A stretch of DNA of 64,000 nt from Podarcis gaigeae. Lineage: Eukaryota. Shown piece after piece: positions 42,046-55,407 of the stretch. The position numbers were made by a program, and so were the translations under genes. The stretch is taken from the NCBI GenBank assembly GCA_964106915.2, contig OZ066916.1, one strand, 5' to 3'. How positions within the stretch are numbered: the stretch's first letter is position 1; every line of letters begins with the position of its first letter. The notes beneath the pieces were generated by a model, which saw nothing but the letters and a program-made list of their open reading frames with translations, searched no databases and had not been told where the DNA came from.

Positions 42046-42485
42046 CTATATGGCCCAGAAAAAATAAGAGGCCCAGAGTTCAGACAATTATTGGGGGGGG
42101 GGGAGGAATTCCAGAGTTGTCCAGCAGTCACACAGAATGTATTCTAATATGCCTTTATCACACAGATGCATTGCATAGACAAGAGGAGAGTGCTCTTGTG
42201 CTCATGTTCTGCTCACTGGCTTCCCATACACATTTGGTTGGCCACTGTAAGAACGGGATGCTGGACTGGATAGAAGATTGGCCTGCAGGCTCTTCATATG
42301 TTCTTTATTAAAATTAGGTAAGGTCAATCAGGGTCAGTGCTCATTCTCAACACATCACTTTGGGCAATTAAGTTTTTAGTTGCAACTAACTACACTAATG
42401 CGCAACTTGCTCTTGAACTATCATTGAGCAAAAAGGAATTCTGAAATGTAAAATTAAGTGTTCCAACCACAATAATGCAAACAAC

Positions 42486-42491
42486 TTTATT
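42486..42491 (-). terminator. Candidate GOPC polyadenylation signal (AATAAA on - strand), implying an approximately 3.75-kb 3' UTR
   Basis: Minus strand reads TGTAAATAAAGTTGTTTGCATTATTGTGGTTGG: TGTA + AATAAA + GT-rich downstream; 42.5-46.2 kb is AT-rich and poor in recognisable repeats. Confidence 0.55.
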
Positions 42492-45400
42492 TACAGGCTA
42501 ATCAAATTAATCAAACTCAGTTTAAGTAAGTAGAATTAAGTTGCAAAGGTCTGCAGGACTGAGGTCAGCATAAAATGGAAGGGGAATTAGCAAAGACTAT
42601 ATAACCACAAAAATCTGGACATTGCATGTTGCCCAATAGTCTTACAAACTCTTACATGTGTGGAATGCTGGCTTAAGGGAAACTGAGGCACACTTCAGAA
42701 AACAGATTTCTGTTCAGCAAAATGCCAGCTCTGGGTTCAGTCTGACATTTCACCAAGATTCAGTTGTTGGTTTCAAACATTAGAAATCTAGTATTCCAGG
42801 GATTTTACTTCTCCTGTAGCTTCTGCCATCTTTAAAAACTGCAAGAAATAACAGTCTAGATGGCTAATGGAATACACATACAATTAGAATGTAAAATACA
42901 AATTTTCTGACAAACTCTATACAACTGAGCATAAGAATATTGACTTTCCCCAAAAGGCCTTCAAGCCTAATTCATCCAGCCCTTGGAAAACTAGCTATTG
43001 ACAAAGCTGACGTACCATGTCTGAAAATTCCAACATATTACAGTTGCCAGTGTGGCACTCTACATGATTGGTCAAATAGCAGTGCAATCACAATAATTCA
43101 CAATAGCATCAGAGCAAAATTTCAGAGGTCTGGGCTTTCCCAAAGTGTGCCTAGACAAAACAATGGTGGGAAGTGTCTGAGGGAATTTCTGTGCAGTTAT
43201 TTATCAGTGCCGTTTACAACCGTTCACTGACTTGTGTGCAGTGATACCATCACAAGGAGAACAAAGCAGTACCAGCAAACAGTGTTCAACAATAGCCTGA
43301 TTTTAATAAATAGCGAAGTTGTGCAAATGCAACAGAGAAAGGTTGTCTGCATTTTTGTCACTTCAGACAGAACAAAAGTATATCAAGCGGAGAACATGCT
43401 TCTTCGCTTGAGAGTGGAAAGTAACATTCTCTCATAGATAATCCCTGGATTACTGTTAACAAGGGATATAGGAAAGCTCTTTCGATAGACCAAGATTCAA
43501 CATGCTCAGAAATAGTGCAAAATGGAGCAAACATTGAAGAGAGTTCATTCTAAAAAAGGGGGATACCAGGTAATTTCTTTCGCACATGTCCTACTGACAA
43601 AAACAGGCTTGTGTAGGAACACTGTGCTCCTATGTCAACTCTCCATTTTGCTCCCCTTTAGATTCCCTAATGAAAAGCAATACACAGGGAATGTTTTTCT
43701 AATATACACCAGAAAACATCATATGCTGCTTAACAGCCTCATACGGCAGGGCAAAGGCACATCCATGAACAGCAGAAAATGCAGCCTTTCCAATTTCATG
43801 GCTTGCTTAAAATACTAGTCTTGCAATGGAGGCAGTATCATGGTTAAGATTACTTTAATATACAGTATTAAAGGAGCAGCTATAAAATTTTACTGCAAAT
43901 CAAATACAGTTCCATGAGCAAAATGACACACAAAAATTATTTTATGAGCAACAGTTAAAGAATTTATAAATAGCAAAATCTTTGCATAAAGTATTTACAT
44001 TTTAAAGATTTCTCTATAAACATATGTATATATATAGTGCACCTAGGAGAGACAAGTTTAACTGTGTTCTACAACACAATGGTTTTTTAACATTAAACAT
44101 TAGGTTAACTGACATTACACTAAATGCCTTTCGCTCGCTGTCAATTTATGTACATTCTATAAAAACACTTACAAAGCTGTCATTTTACATTATTTGCACT
44201 CTCAAAATACATCTTTACATGTTACATTTTAATGGCCCGCAAAACAATGAATGGAAAGCAGGCGTTTCATGCTTTATCCTATTATAATAAAAGCTATTAC
44301 ATGGTTTTTAACTGTTTGCATATGGAGAGTGTGCGCTCTAATAAGATATAGATACATACATACATATATATATATAAACATACACACATACACATAACTG
44401 AACAGCAACCTAGCCAAGACAACCCCCAATGGATTCTAAAAATGCCTTTGGCATTCAGGTGTAAAACTATTTTGCACGTTTGGGGTTTAAAAAAATATAC
44501 CGTAGTTCTGTAAAATACTAGGACTATTATACTGTAACAAATTTGGTACGTGATCCTGCACAGTCTTAAGTATCACCTGGCAAGATACAGGATGCACTCA
44601 ATTCCCACTTGCTAAGGGCCAGTTGATTCAAACCTCTCAATGTAGCACAGCGTGGGTAACCAATGACATGGCAAGCACTGCATTTATGGATGGAAACAAT
44701 GATCGCTATGACACGATCATAACTGGAGAACACCTTCCTCAAGGGATCTAATCACATGGAGTTCTGGTGGTCTACAGACTTTTAAACACACAACAGGCAA
44801 CTGGGCAATCGCTTTCATGTTGCCTTACAACACTGCAATACATCTTAAAAAAACAGATGTAAAAATGGTATGATGAAGCATTCTCTGGACACAGCCTGAA
44901 GCAATCTGATGACTATTTAGCCACAGATTAAATGGTTTATTATGTATCCAACACCATCCTCCCATCTTAAGAGTGTCAAGTGAATCAGTTCCTATAGCAA
45001 AGGATTTAAATCAAAAATTTGAATCGCCCCTCTTAGCAACTCTCGTATAAAACCATGCCTACAGAGAATGTTTTGTAAACTTTTTGGACTGCATTAGAGG
45101 CACATTTTCATTCCAATGCACAGCAACCTTTACAGTTATCCATGTGGACGGGATATATGTGGAAATAGGTTGTTAAAGAATCTAAGGCATGATGTACTCC
45201 CATTCTGTGGATGAGCCACATTGTCAAAAGTGTAACAGTACTATTAGCCTGTAGGGCACAGAGCTCCTTTAGACAGCCCAGGGTCACATAGATGGCACTG
45301 TGTGGCAACTGTAAAAAAGACTATGCAGTGGAAAGAATGGTCATCTAACTCCATCCTAATTCAGTTCACACAGAATGGTAGCCACCCAATGATACAATTC

Positions 45401-46235
45401 TGTAAGTTGAGCATGCTACACTTAAGGGCAGACATAATTCCAAGAGGCCAATTTTACACTTATTTTGCATTTTAAAATTAACAGTATTCTGTTTAATACC
45501 TTTGGAGAATACTTCACATCCAGCATTGATTGGCAGGAGAGTTTAAAGGAATATATTTATATATATATGCTGCATTAAATAATGCTGAAAAACATCTCAG
45601 GAACAGATCACTAGGATCTATTTCAGAGATTTAACGTCACAATAAATATTTAGCAGCTAAAATGTTTTGTATGTGTATGTTTTAAACCAAACTTATTTTT
45701 GTATATTGTGAAAATCTGAAATGAATTGACTTTGCTGTTTACCTTTTTACAATACACATTTTAAAAGCAACTAGGTAGGTCAGGAATATACCTCTGAGAA
45801 ATCATGTCTCCCTTATATATGGTCATTAAAATCTATTCCTCTATCAAATGAATGCCAATTTTCTGCTTCTATTAGTCAGAGGATCCAAGTGTCAAAGTTC
45901 TTTTGCTTTAGTCTATCCCTTTTACCATAAACAAGATCCAAAGTTAAATTCAAGAAAAGCCTTTGGAAACAACATGCTTTGGTGCTTATAATTCAAGGGA
46001 AATTCATCTGACATGCAACTTCTTAGAAAAATGGGAAATTTTACACATTTAGATACGCTCATAATGAAGCCCTGAGGTAACCAACAGAACAGCTTTTTTC
46101 CAGGCAACAGCAACACAGCTTCTCTTTATCCCTTTAATCGTCCTTTATAATTTTATGTGGAATTTTGAATGCAGAACGGTCTACACAACCTGTCTTGAGG
46201 AAGAGACCAGTCCCACTGATGAGTTAGGGGTGGTT

Positions 46236-46348
46236 TTAGGCTAAGCTTTCAGCAGATTGGTCTAGTTTAGATATAGTCTCTTCTGTTTCAACTGAATTTC
46301 CTAGGTCTCCATTTTCATGGCCATCAATACTTGCTTTCTTATCAAACA
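46236..46348 (-). CDS. GOPC: GOPC exon 9, last coding exon (VFDKKASIDGHENGDLGNSVETEETISKLDQSAESLA*)
   Basis: TTTTGCAG acceptor, phase 1 matches exon 8, HENGDLG motif, TAA stop at 46238-46236. Confidence 0.9.
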
Positions 46349-47134
46349 CTGCAAAAGAGAGAAAAGAATGTTTGTAACATTTTATAGTACAGCATCCTAA
46401 AGTTTACAAACTGACCCACCCAACAATTTTTGCTGATAAGGAGAAAACATGCACCAATGCTGCACAGGAAGGCAGAAATTCCAAGACTTCTAGAAATGGA
46501 CTGTATATAAAACAAGTTAAGAAGAATAGGGACTACTGCAGGCCAAACGACCTTTTCCCCATCTACATGTGCTCTTGCAGAGGGTTAGGAATTAATATGG
46601 CTCTCCACTTCCCCTCTAACAAGACCTTCCAACTAGTACAGAAACACCACACGAAACAGAAAATTCCAGTAACCAGCAAAACAAGGAAGTGCCTACACAA
46701 TGCAGAGGCACCCCCAAGTTATGGGTAGGGATTTGGCAAATCCAGATTTTGAAAATTGTACTGCATTAATCTTTGACCATGTGAAATCTTTAAATCACAT
46801 CACAAAAATAGTCACCAAGAAAGAGGAAAGGAAGAATATACCTACAATTTCAAATCAAGAGTCTGCTTTATGGGAATATAGGGAAATATGACAATATTCT
46901 GACAAAAATAGCAAAGGAAAACGATGAGCTGCCATTCTGCCCAAGCGTTATATTTACCAAGAACATATATGGTTTAACCTTGCATGTTGTGACACAACTG
47001 CATAACTGTCATTCCAATCTAAGGACAGATTATCCTAAGCATATCCAAACAATTGAATCTAAATTTACAAAATCAAGTTTTACTTGAAATGTTGTACCTT
47101 AGTTATTAAAAAAAAACCAACCCAGAACATTTAC

Positions 47135-47315
47135 CTTGCAATTGTTTGACATCTCCACATCCAGATTTTCTATTAGAAGCAGAGTTTCCACCTTCCTCCA
47201 ATTCGTCAAGATACAGACGATAACGATGTCCACTCTCATCCTCATATTCTACATTTTCATCATCTGAGTCCACTTCTGGAGCAACGTACACAACTTCAAA
47301 CTCAATTTCCCCTCT
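47135..47315 (-). CDS. GOPC: GOPC exon 8 ([40 protein letters not shown]...)
   Basis: CTAG acceptor, G|GTAAAT donor, 181 nt. Confidence 0.96.
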
Positions 47316-47914
47316 CTAGAATACAGAAATGAAGATTATGTTGCTTCTAAGAATGGGCAGTCCATTCAGAACACTTAAAATATGAAAACTCAGAACTATA
47401 GCTATACAACAGAATAGTAAAAAAAAATTCCTAATATAAAAGAAAAGCCAGATCAAGTCTTACAATACATGCCTACAGAGTATAGTCATCCAGATAATCC
47501 TTGCTGAAATAAGAACGTTTGGAAGGACTTTCTGGACACTCTGAAGCAAGGCCCAAAATGAATGGACTACTGCTCAACTTTAGTTTAATTCTGGATGTGA
47601 CTTACATGTATGGAAACTGGGTTTGTTTGTTTTTTGAAAATGGCAATACAGACAATTTTAAGAGTCTCCAAAACATTCATCTGGTGAAACTTGCACTTTC
47701 AGTAATTGCAGAAGAAAACTTCACACAGAATGTTTGCCCTACCAGTAGTGGACCTCGGGTCTCAAATTTAAGTGGTGCCCTGTGTGACGCCCAAATTTGG
47801 TGCTCCCCACACCCCTTCTCATGTTCCATTCTAAATCTTAGTTGTGGCAACCCCTACAGCGCCCAGTGCAACTGAACCAGTCATGCTCCCCTAAATCTGC
47901 CCCAGGCCCTATCT

Positions 47915-48110
47915 TAGAAACATAGGCAGCTGCCTTACACCAAGTCAAACTGCTGGTCCATCTAGCTCAGCCTTGTCTACACTGAATGGCAGGGGCTCTC
48001 CAGGGTTTCAGAGAAGGAATCTTTCCGAACCTTGTCGGGAGATGCCAAGGACTGAACCTAGGACCTTCTGTCCTTTGCATGCAAAGTATGTGGCTCCACT
48101 ACTGAGCATC
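47915..48110 (-). mobile_element. tRNA-derived squamate SINE (Squam3-like)
   Basis: Reverse-complement homology to the 5785-5958 element. Confidence 0.6.
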
Positions 48111-48287
48111 TGTATGCTGCCCAGTAATTAATAAACCCTTCCTCTTAGTGCTTGTGTTCAGACATACACAGTCATAGAGCTGAAATGGAGAAATGTCAGG
48201 AGGCCCTGCCCCAATTATTGGCCAAACCCCACTAAATGTATATATGCATATTAACAGTTCAGTATTCATGATATAAAAATAAAATAC

Positions 48288-48452
48288 CTGCTGCGAAAGA
48301 ATAGTTACAGCTTCTTTATGTTTGGCATCTCTCAAATTTACACCATTTACTGCCAAAATGGCATCTCCAACATGCAGACCTCCACATCGATCAGCAGGCT
48401 GACCTGGGTGAATTTCAGAGATGAGGATGGGAACACCATGCTCCTTTCCACC
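48288..48452 (-). CDS. GOPC: GOPC exon 7 ([40 protein letters not shown]...[11 protein letters not shown])
   Basis: ATAG acceptor, CAG|GTATTT donor, 165 nt; PDZ core motifs GD.ILAVNG and HKEAV. Confidence 0.97.
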
Positions 48453-48823
48453 CTATCACAATGAGATAACACAAGTCAGGAGATTGCCACAATTTCAAAA
48501 TGAATTATAGCCTAACACTGTGTATGTTCTTCACTGTAGATTTCAAAAGTGTTGAATTCATGCTGCTCTTCAACAAATAAGTATTTGCTGCTCTGCGTAT
48601 TTGATGTATAGCACAGTTTATAATGCATTTGTAGCAGAGATTTCACAAAAGCATAATGAAAAATTTAAGTTCTTTCAGTTGCATTTATAAGAGAGTTACA
48701 AAAGCAAGCATTTGATATAGGTAACATGGGCCAGTGTGACACACAGGAAATATAAAATAAAATGTTAAGTATCTTGTTAGTAAACACTGAATCCTAGAAA
48801 AAGAAAATAAATTCAAATATTAC

Positions 48824-48919
48824 GGTAATTGAAATGCCCAGTCCTTCGTGATCTTCTTTAACCAATAGAACTTTCCTTATGGGACCAACACCTTGACTCT
48901 TCTTTAAAGAATCTGGATC
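48824..48919 (-). CDS. GOPC: GOPC exon 6 ([35 protein letters not shown] start)
   Basis: CTAG acceptor, GTAATA donor, 96 nt; PDZ carboxylate-binding loop GLGI. Confidence 0.96.
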
Positions 48920-50004
48920 CTAGTTTAAAAAAAAACAAAACAGCTATGGCAATGCTTTTTCAAAGTTTTCCAGAGATTCACAGGACACTACTATCACTAC
49001 AGGCAAAATTATCTCTAAATTCAGAATGCTATAGACATTGCTGCTATAAGAAAATCACCTTTCTAAAGATTACTCTGGAAAAGATTACTTTAGAAAGGAA
49101 AACACATGCACCTCAGCCCCATCCAAGATCCGAGTTGATGTGGCACAAGCAAAGGTTTTTCCTACATTGGCTTCAAGATAAGCAGAATTAAACACATTTT
49201 GGGCACTAAAAAGCAGTTAGAGAAAACCCTTGTTACAGTTCTGGAAGTCACAGCGATGTTCCAGAAGTAGATGGATACAAACTTCCATTTTGATGGGATT
49301 TAAGAGGCTGGAAGAAGTCCCACCACCCTCACTTCCCCTTTCCACAGTACCAGAGCAACAGGCCTTATAACTTCCAGCACCACAAGTGTTTTTTAACTGA
49401 AAGTTTTTTAGGTTGTTTTGGGGGCCCAGTTTAGGGCCTGAAAGGTTGTAAACAAAAAAGCAATGCATTCCTTTGTGCCAGCACTATAAACCCCATGTGT
49501 TTCACCACCTCTGAGCAACAGGTTGTATGTTCAAGAGCTTGGAAGACTCAGTATGCAGTGCAGAGGACAGGCTGGGACAGGAAGGACCAAAGTTCAAATC
49601 ACCACTCAGTCATGAAGCTCACATGCTTATTGTATTCCAGACACTAAATCTCAGCCCAGCCTACTTACAAGGGTTATTGCAAAGCTCAAATGGACTATCC
49701 TGAGCTTCAGAATTTAAAAGCAGAATGCCTAATAAGATTCTCACATCTATAAATTAAGGGTGCTGTGGATGTAAATGCTGTGATCCCTTTCAATACTGAA
49801 TACCTTTTTTTTTATTTACAGCACAATCTTAACTGTGTTTGAGATAAAGTCCTATTGACTTCAATAGGAGATAAGTCCTATTGACTTTAAGAAGGATTAC
49901 TCCCAGGTAAATAAAGTAATGACTGCAGCCTATGTCACTAACTAGGATTCACTTAGTCCAAATCCCAATACAGAATATTGTAATTATTCCTTAAGTTTCA
50001 TATA

Positions 50005-50224
50005 CAGTTGTACCTTGGAAGTCAAATGGGATCCGTTCCAGAAATCCGTTTGATTTCCAAAATATTTGAAAACCAAATCACAGCTTCTGAAGCTGTGGAA
50101 GCCCCATTGGACGTTCAGGTTCCAAAAGAACGTTTGCAAACCGGAACAATCACTTTCGGGTTTGCGCCGTTCGGGAGCCAAAACATCTTGAGTTCCAGGG
50201 TGTTCGACAACCAAGGTACGACTG
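50005..50224. mobile_element. Tc1/mariner (Tigger-like) MITE
   Basis: TA TSDs, TIR CAGT(T/C)GTACCTTGG. Confidence 0.85.
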
Positions 50225-50490
50225 TATGTACAATTTCAACATTTCTTCCCCTTGACTATTGAGGCAAGTTAGTAAAAAAAAAGAAAAATGCACTCTTTAC
50301 ACGCACTGTGATAAAACAGTGTTGTAATTTAATCTACAAAAAATGAAATTCCTTTTTTCTGCCCCATTGATCTGAGCCATAATAAGAATTTCAGTTTTGA
50401 ATGGCAAGAGATATATTAATATATCCAATGTTGACATACATTTAAAGGTACAAACATTATATTGACAAATGTTGAAAACAAGAAGCTTAC

Positions 50491-50656
50491 ATGTCCTGGG
50501 GGTACTTGCATGGGTCGCTTTAGATCATTACGACCACGACATGCCCTGATCACAGTTTTATGCCGGTGCAGATGGATTTCAGCTTCCAGCTGGTTCCAGA
50601 GTTTATCATGAGCAGGTCCTTTCATATCTCTGCCTAGTAACTGAATTTGCTGAACC
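50491..50656 (-). CDS. GOPC: GOPC exon 5 ([26 protein letters not shown]...PMQVPPGH)
   Basis: GTAG acceptor, GTAAGC donor, 166 nt. Confidence 0.96.
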
Positions 50657-51594
50657 CTACATAATGAGAAAAGAACATGATATGTATGAAGTGAGAGGTT
50701 CAAACTACTCTTTGATTTGCTCTCTCAGTGCCATGTTCTCAAGTCCAATAAAGAGGTAATCAAATGGCTTACAGTCACTACAATAATAGGGAAAGAAAGT
50801 GGGGAGGGTGCTGTACCATACTCTTTCATAGCCAAGCTTAAGGCTGCTTCCACATTTGGCATTTACTGTGGAATAGACATGCTTTGTTCACTCACTTTTT
50901 AAGGAGTATTTGCATAATGTCATGAGTAAAACATCCCCCTCACATTTTACCTGTTCAGCTGCAGACTTTTCGAGAGCTAAAAAATCCCTCTATGGATGAG
51001 CTGTGCAATTTTCCCAGGTATAGGTGGCCTAACTGCCACTCTGGCCAGTTAAACTGCTCTTCCTTCTACATGATCCATTTTTCTTCTCCAGGAATCAAGT
51101 CAATCACTTAAAACCTTGGTTCAGATAGCACTGTCTCTGTATCTGTTTCTTCCCCCTTCCCCCTGTATTCATGATCAGGAGTGCATTGAGGAGGGAGTAT
51201 TTAAACCACACATGCAGGTCCCAATGAAAATAACCCCCTTCCAATGTTTCAAGCTCAGGAAAGGGGAATTGTCCACTTTACTACATAAAGTTAGAATCTG
51301 GGAAGCAGAATTGCTATTCCACTTCCAGCTTGAAGCAGAACTAGAATGATTGCAGAATGCTAAATTGCCCATGTTTGGAAGCAACCCAAGTCCGACCTTG
51401 TGAATCCCGGTCCTTATCTTCTCCCACTACAGATAGTTTTTATAGCAGTTCAGCACTATCCTGATAAGCTCTTATATTCTACTCTTCCACATCCCCCATA
51501 TGGTCCACACAAGTACCCTGAGATCAGGCATGTCAACACCTAAACAACAATTCTGTCCCAAATGTCCATCGCAAGCTACTGAATTTTTACACAC

Positions 51595-51770
51595 CTTCCA
51601 GCTAGCTCTTTATCTAAATATTTGGCTGCGAGTCTTGCCCCATATACTTCAGCCTGGAGCACAGCTATGTGTCGACGAAGTGCCTCATTTTCCTTCCGAA
51701 GTAGCTTCACTTCAGCTTCAAGTTGAGCTTCTTTCACCTTTTCTTTCTTGTTGGCTTCAAGTTCTCTCTC
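51595..51770 (-). CDS. GOPC: GOPC exon 4 ([21 protein letters not shown]...YLDKELAGR)
   Basis: CCAG acceptor, AG|GTGTGT donor, 176 nt; second coiled coil. Confidence 0.96.
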
Positions 51771-53329
51771 CTGGTGAAGTAAAGACCCTGGTTATTTTAG
51801 CCACAAGCTAAACATTCCTATTATGTGGATATGAAAACTGCAAGCATCTTTAGTCTAACCTTTAATTTCACAGAAAAAACCATGACACACAACATTTAGA
51901 TACAATCTGCGTGTACACATTTACAACGGTTTTGCAAGTGAGTAGAAAAATATTCATGCCACAAAGCATTTTACAAATCTCAATGTTTTACAGCTGCATC
52001 AGAAGGCAATTTGAGGGACAAGTCTGGAAAGCTACATTTGTTCAAGAAGAACTAACTACAATTGAGCTATCATAATGTGAAACTGTTTTTATGACACAGC
52101 AGCTAATTTAGGATAATACAGCATGGCACTGCTTATTAAAAGAATTGCAAATATGAAGAAGAAAGGCAACTAGTTGGCTAAAATTATGTATATTTAAGAC
52201 ATATGGCAAGCATGTTAAATGAACTGATGAAAATAAAATAAGCTTCTTTAAAAATAAAGTGGTTTTTTAAACACACAAACGTGATACCCAGCACTGCTGT
52301 TCCAAGGCATATTTAATTGCCAGGGAACAACACAGAGATAAGACTTCAGGAACTGGGGCTTTTTATTTAGGAAAAAAGGTAGGGAAGGGGACAAAGCACG
52401 AGAAAACTTTAATAAATATGAATAGTGTAGTAGAGAAAGTAAAGAGAGAATGTATTCCCTCTCTATCCTCCTCATTCCTAATGGACAGAATGGATATCAC
52501 CCAATGTTTACACTACAGAAAGGTACAGGAATGGAGAAATGAAGTTTTCCTGTTTAAAATTGAAATACACTAGAAAATTCACACTGAACCTCACAATTTC
52601 TTATCTATATTCCAATAGGATTTATAAAGGTTTCTAAGTATCTATAAGTTTAAAAATTGCAAGTTAAGTTCATGAACTATTTTCATTTTTAATTTCTGCA
52701 CATATATCATGGCAGCCTGGGCAAAAATATGCCATCATGCCATTGGCTTTTGGAATGCAACCACTGAAGGGTAGGTAGGAATAGAATGCTACATAAATAT
52801 TCCATCATGTGACAATTTTTTTTTTTTTAATGCTGTTTTACAGGACATATAAGTATTCTTAAAACAATGTGGATTCTGGACAAAAAAAACAGACAAACAT
52901 TTTAGGTTTCACTGCACTTTGTGTGATGTTTTGGTTCTTGAACAGCTGACTGCCATGTCATATCACAGCTGATTTTGTTCAAAGCCTGAGTGCATCACAG
53001 AGTTAGTTGCTTGGATCTCTGGATTGCGATCAAAGTCAGTCTTTAATAACTTGCTACATTTAGACTCAATGCCAAGCTTTACTTCAAAATTCCCACATTA
53101 GTCATAGCAATCAACAGCAGCAATACAGACATGCATGTTGAGTGGAAAAGAGCATCAAATCTAAAAAGAATACTGAACATAAACAAGGACTTAGCTAAGA
53201 AACTGTGGAAAGGAAAGAATCTAGCAGACATTCACTGGCACTAACTCTCCAGGCTAATATGCGCAGCTCTGCAGAAAACTACTGCACTGCTTTGAATTAA
53301 ACACAGATGAAGACAGCCAGTGAACTTAC

Positions 53330-53353
53330 CATATCCTCCACAGAAGGGGCAGA
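53330..53353 (-). CDS. GOPC: GOPC 24-nt alternative microexon (SAPSVEDM), counterpart of the 8-aa insert of the neuronal isoform nPIST
   Basis: T-rich tract + CCTAAG acceptor, ATG|GTAAGT donor, frame-neutral 24 nt between exons 2 and 4; resembles mammalian SGPSVEEL. Confidence 0.88.
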
Positions 53354-55182
53354 CTTAGGATGAGAGAAAAAAAGTTTAGTAATTAGAAATACTGGCCAAA
53401 AAAAATATCAAAATTATAGGGCCATACATCGACAAGATTCTCAGTCTAAGCAGTAATCAAATTGTATGATCCATGGTTGCAAAGAAGACAATTACTATAA
53501 ATACTTGCTCATTGAAAATGGAATTTCTCTCACACTGTGAAATGGGGAAATGTCTCCAAATAAATAGAAATTGTGATTTTACTAGGAAATAATTGAAGCC
53601 TGCACTGCAACAAGCATTCTTTTTTAAAAAAGAGGTGTGAATACTGGTGGGGCAAATTTTAAAAGAAGACTGGTCTGGATATGATCTTTTTTCAGTTCCT
53701 CTTCCTTCTTTTTCATGGGCACAGTCATCATCTGATATGGTTTGAACAAGAACTAGCAGGAACTGAAAAACAAGTATGCCTTTCCAGCTAACAATGAGCA
53801 GCAGATTTTGTACGTTATCACACCTTTTACATAAACTAAGCATTTCCTACAATACCCTCAAAAAGTTACTGATATTTGTTTCTTGGCAAAATGAAGATTT
53901 ATACTTTTGATTGACCATCTAATTTTAAATCAAATAATCAATCACTTCAAATGTATGTCTGGAATTCAGATTGCTACTCAGGTTCATTGATAAGACCTGT
54001 ACTAGCCCACTCGAACTTTTGATTTCTTTAGCCAACCACTGTGTGGGAATAGGATGTTGGACCAGATAGGCTTTTGGTCTGATTCAGCAGGGCTCTAATG
54101 TCCTTATGGTGCTTTTGAAACTCCCCTTGGTTTCAAATTGTAACTTGCTAGGTATATATGTGTTCCTATAAAGGGGAAGGGACTTTGGGCTCACAAACCT
54201 TATTTCACAGTTCTTAATTCTAAGTGTCTGTGAATAAAAGGCTAAGATAGAGTAGCCCAAATTTTGTTGACTCTAGCCATGAATAAAATCTCATGCAGCC
54301 CCTAGCACACTGGAATTCGACTGACTAGATAGTTCATTAAATACATGACGTGCTACTATAACTAGACAAGCACTTAGAAAGCTCTTACCCAAATGTGTGC
54401 TACTTCATAATTCCATAATACTGAATTCAATCCACAAAAATAGGAGATGCAAAAATCCTCCTCTAAAAACTTCTAACTATGACAGTGGACTACATCAGGG
54501 GTGGGGAATCTTTTTGGCCCAGTGGGCCAGTTCTCTATCTCCTCCACCCCAATGGGGTGGTCAGAGCTACTCATTAGTCATCAACTGACATCATAATGAC
54601 ATCAGTTGAGCGATACCTGTCAAAGCTCAGCACTTCCCCAACACCTGGCTATCAGCTGGTTGCCTTGTGCTAGGGAAGCGCTGAGAACAGGTCTTGGAAA
54701 AAGATTTGCACAGCACTTCCCCAATTCCCAAAACGATTGTTGGGCCTTTGGGAAGTGATTCACGAAGCACTTTGCAATCCCTATTCTCAGCACTTCTCAG
54801 GCACTTTGTACAATGCTTCGGAAGGATCCAACAACCAGCAGCTTGTCAGACTCTTGCATAACAGGTCACAAGGTGTACAGTCCCTGCAAAGCCCCTTTTG
54901 GTCAAGCACCGCCTTTATGTGTTCCACATGTGATTTCATATGTGATGCCCAGTGTAGGGAAGATGGCTTGGCAGGTCAACTAGATAGTCTTGGCAGGCCA
55001 AATTGGGCTGATGGGGGGTGGGGACTCCATTTTACATCTCTAGCTAATAGATTTAACAGTCTCTTAGGTAGCAAGCCTAACCATGGCAAGTGACATTCAG
55101 ATAAACTAGATAAACTGCTTCCTAGATAATACAGAAAGACAGAAGATGAATTCTGTGAGCACACATGCATACAAATAAAATA

Positions 55183-55349
55183 CAGTATTTATTCTAATCT
55201 AATGCTCACCTTTTTGGCCAAATTACATTGGGAAAATTCGATTCGATGGCACATTTACATTCGTCAGCAAATACTTTTTTTGGTTTAAAGGTTCTGAAAA
55301 TTGAGGTGTACATTAGATTTGATGGCGCATTAGACTCGAGTAAATACAG
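55183..55349. mobile_element. Tc1/mariner (pogo-like) MITE
   Basis: TA TSDs, imperfect TIR C(A/T)GTATTTA.TC.A.TCTAATGC. Confidence 0.7.
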
Positions 55350-55407
55350 TAGTTTGGAGTAACAATTCTGCTGTAAAAAATAGGTCCTTTCTGTTACTAG
55401 TACTCAC

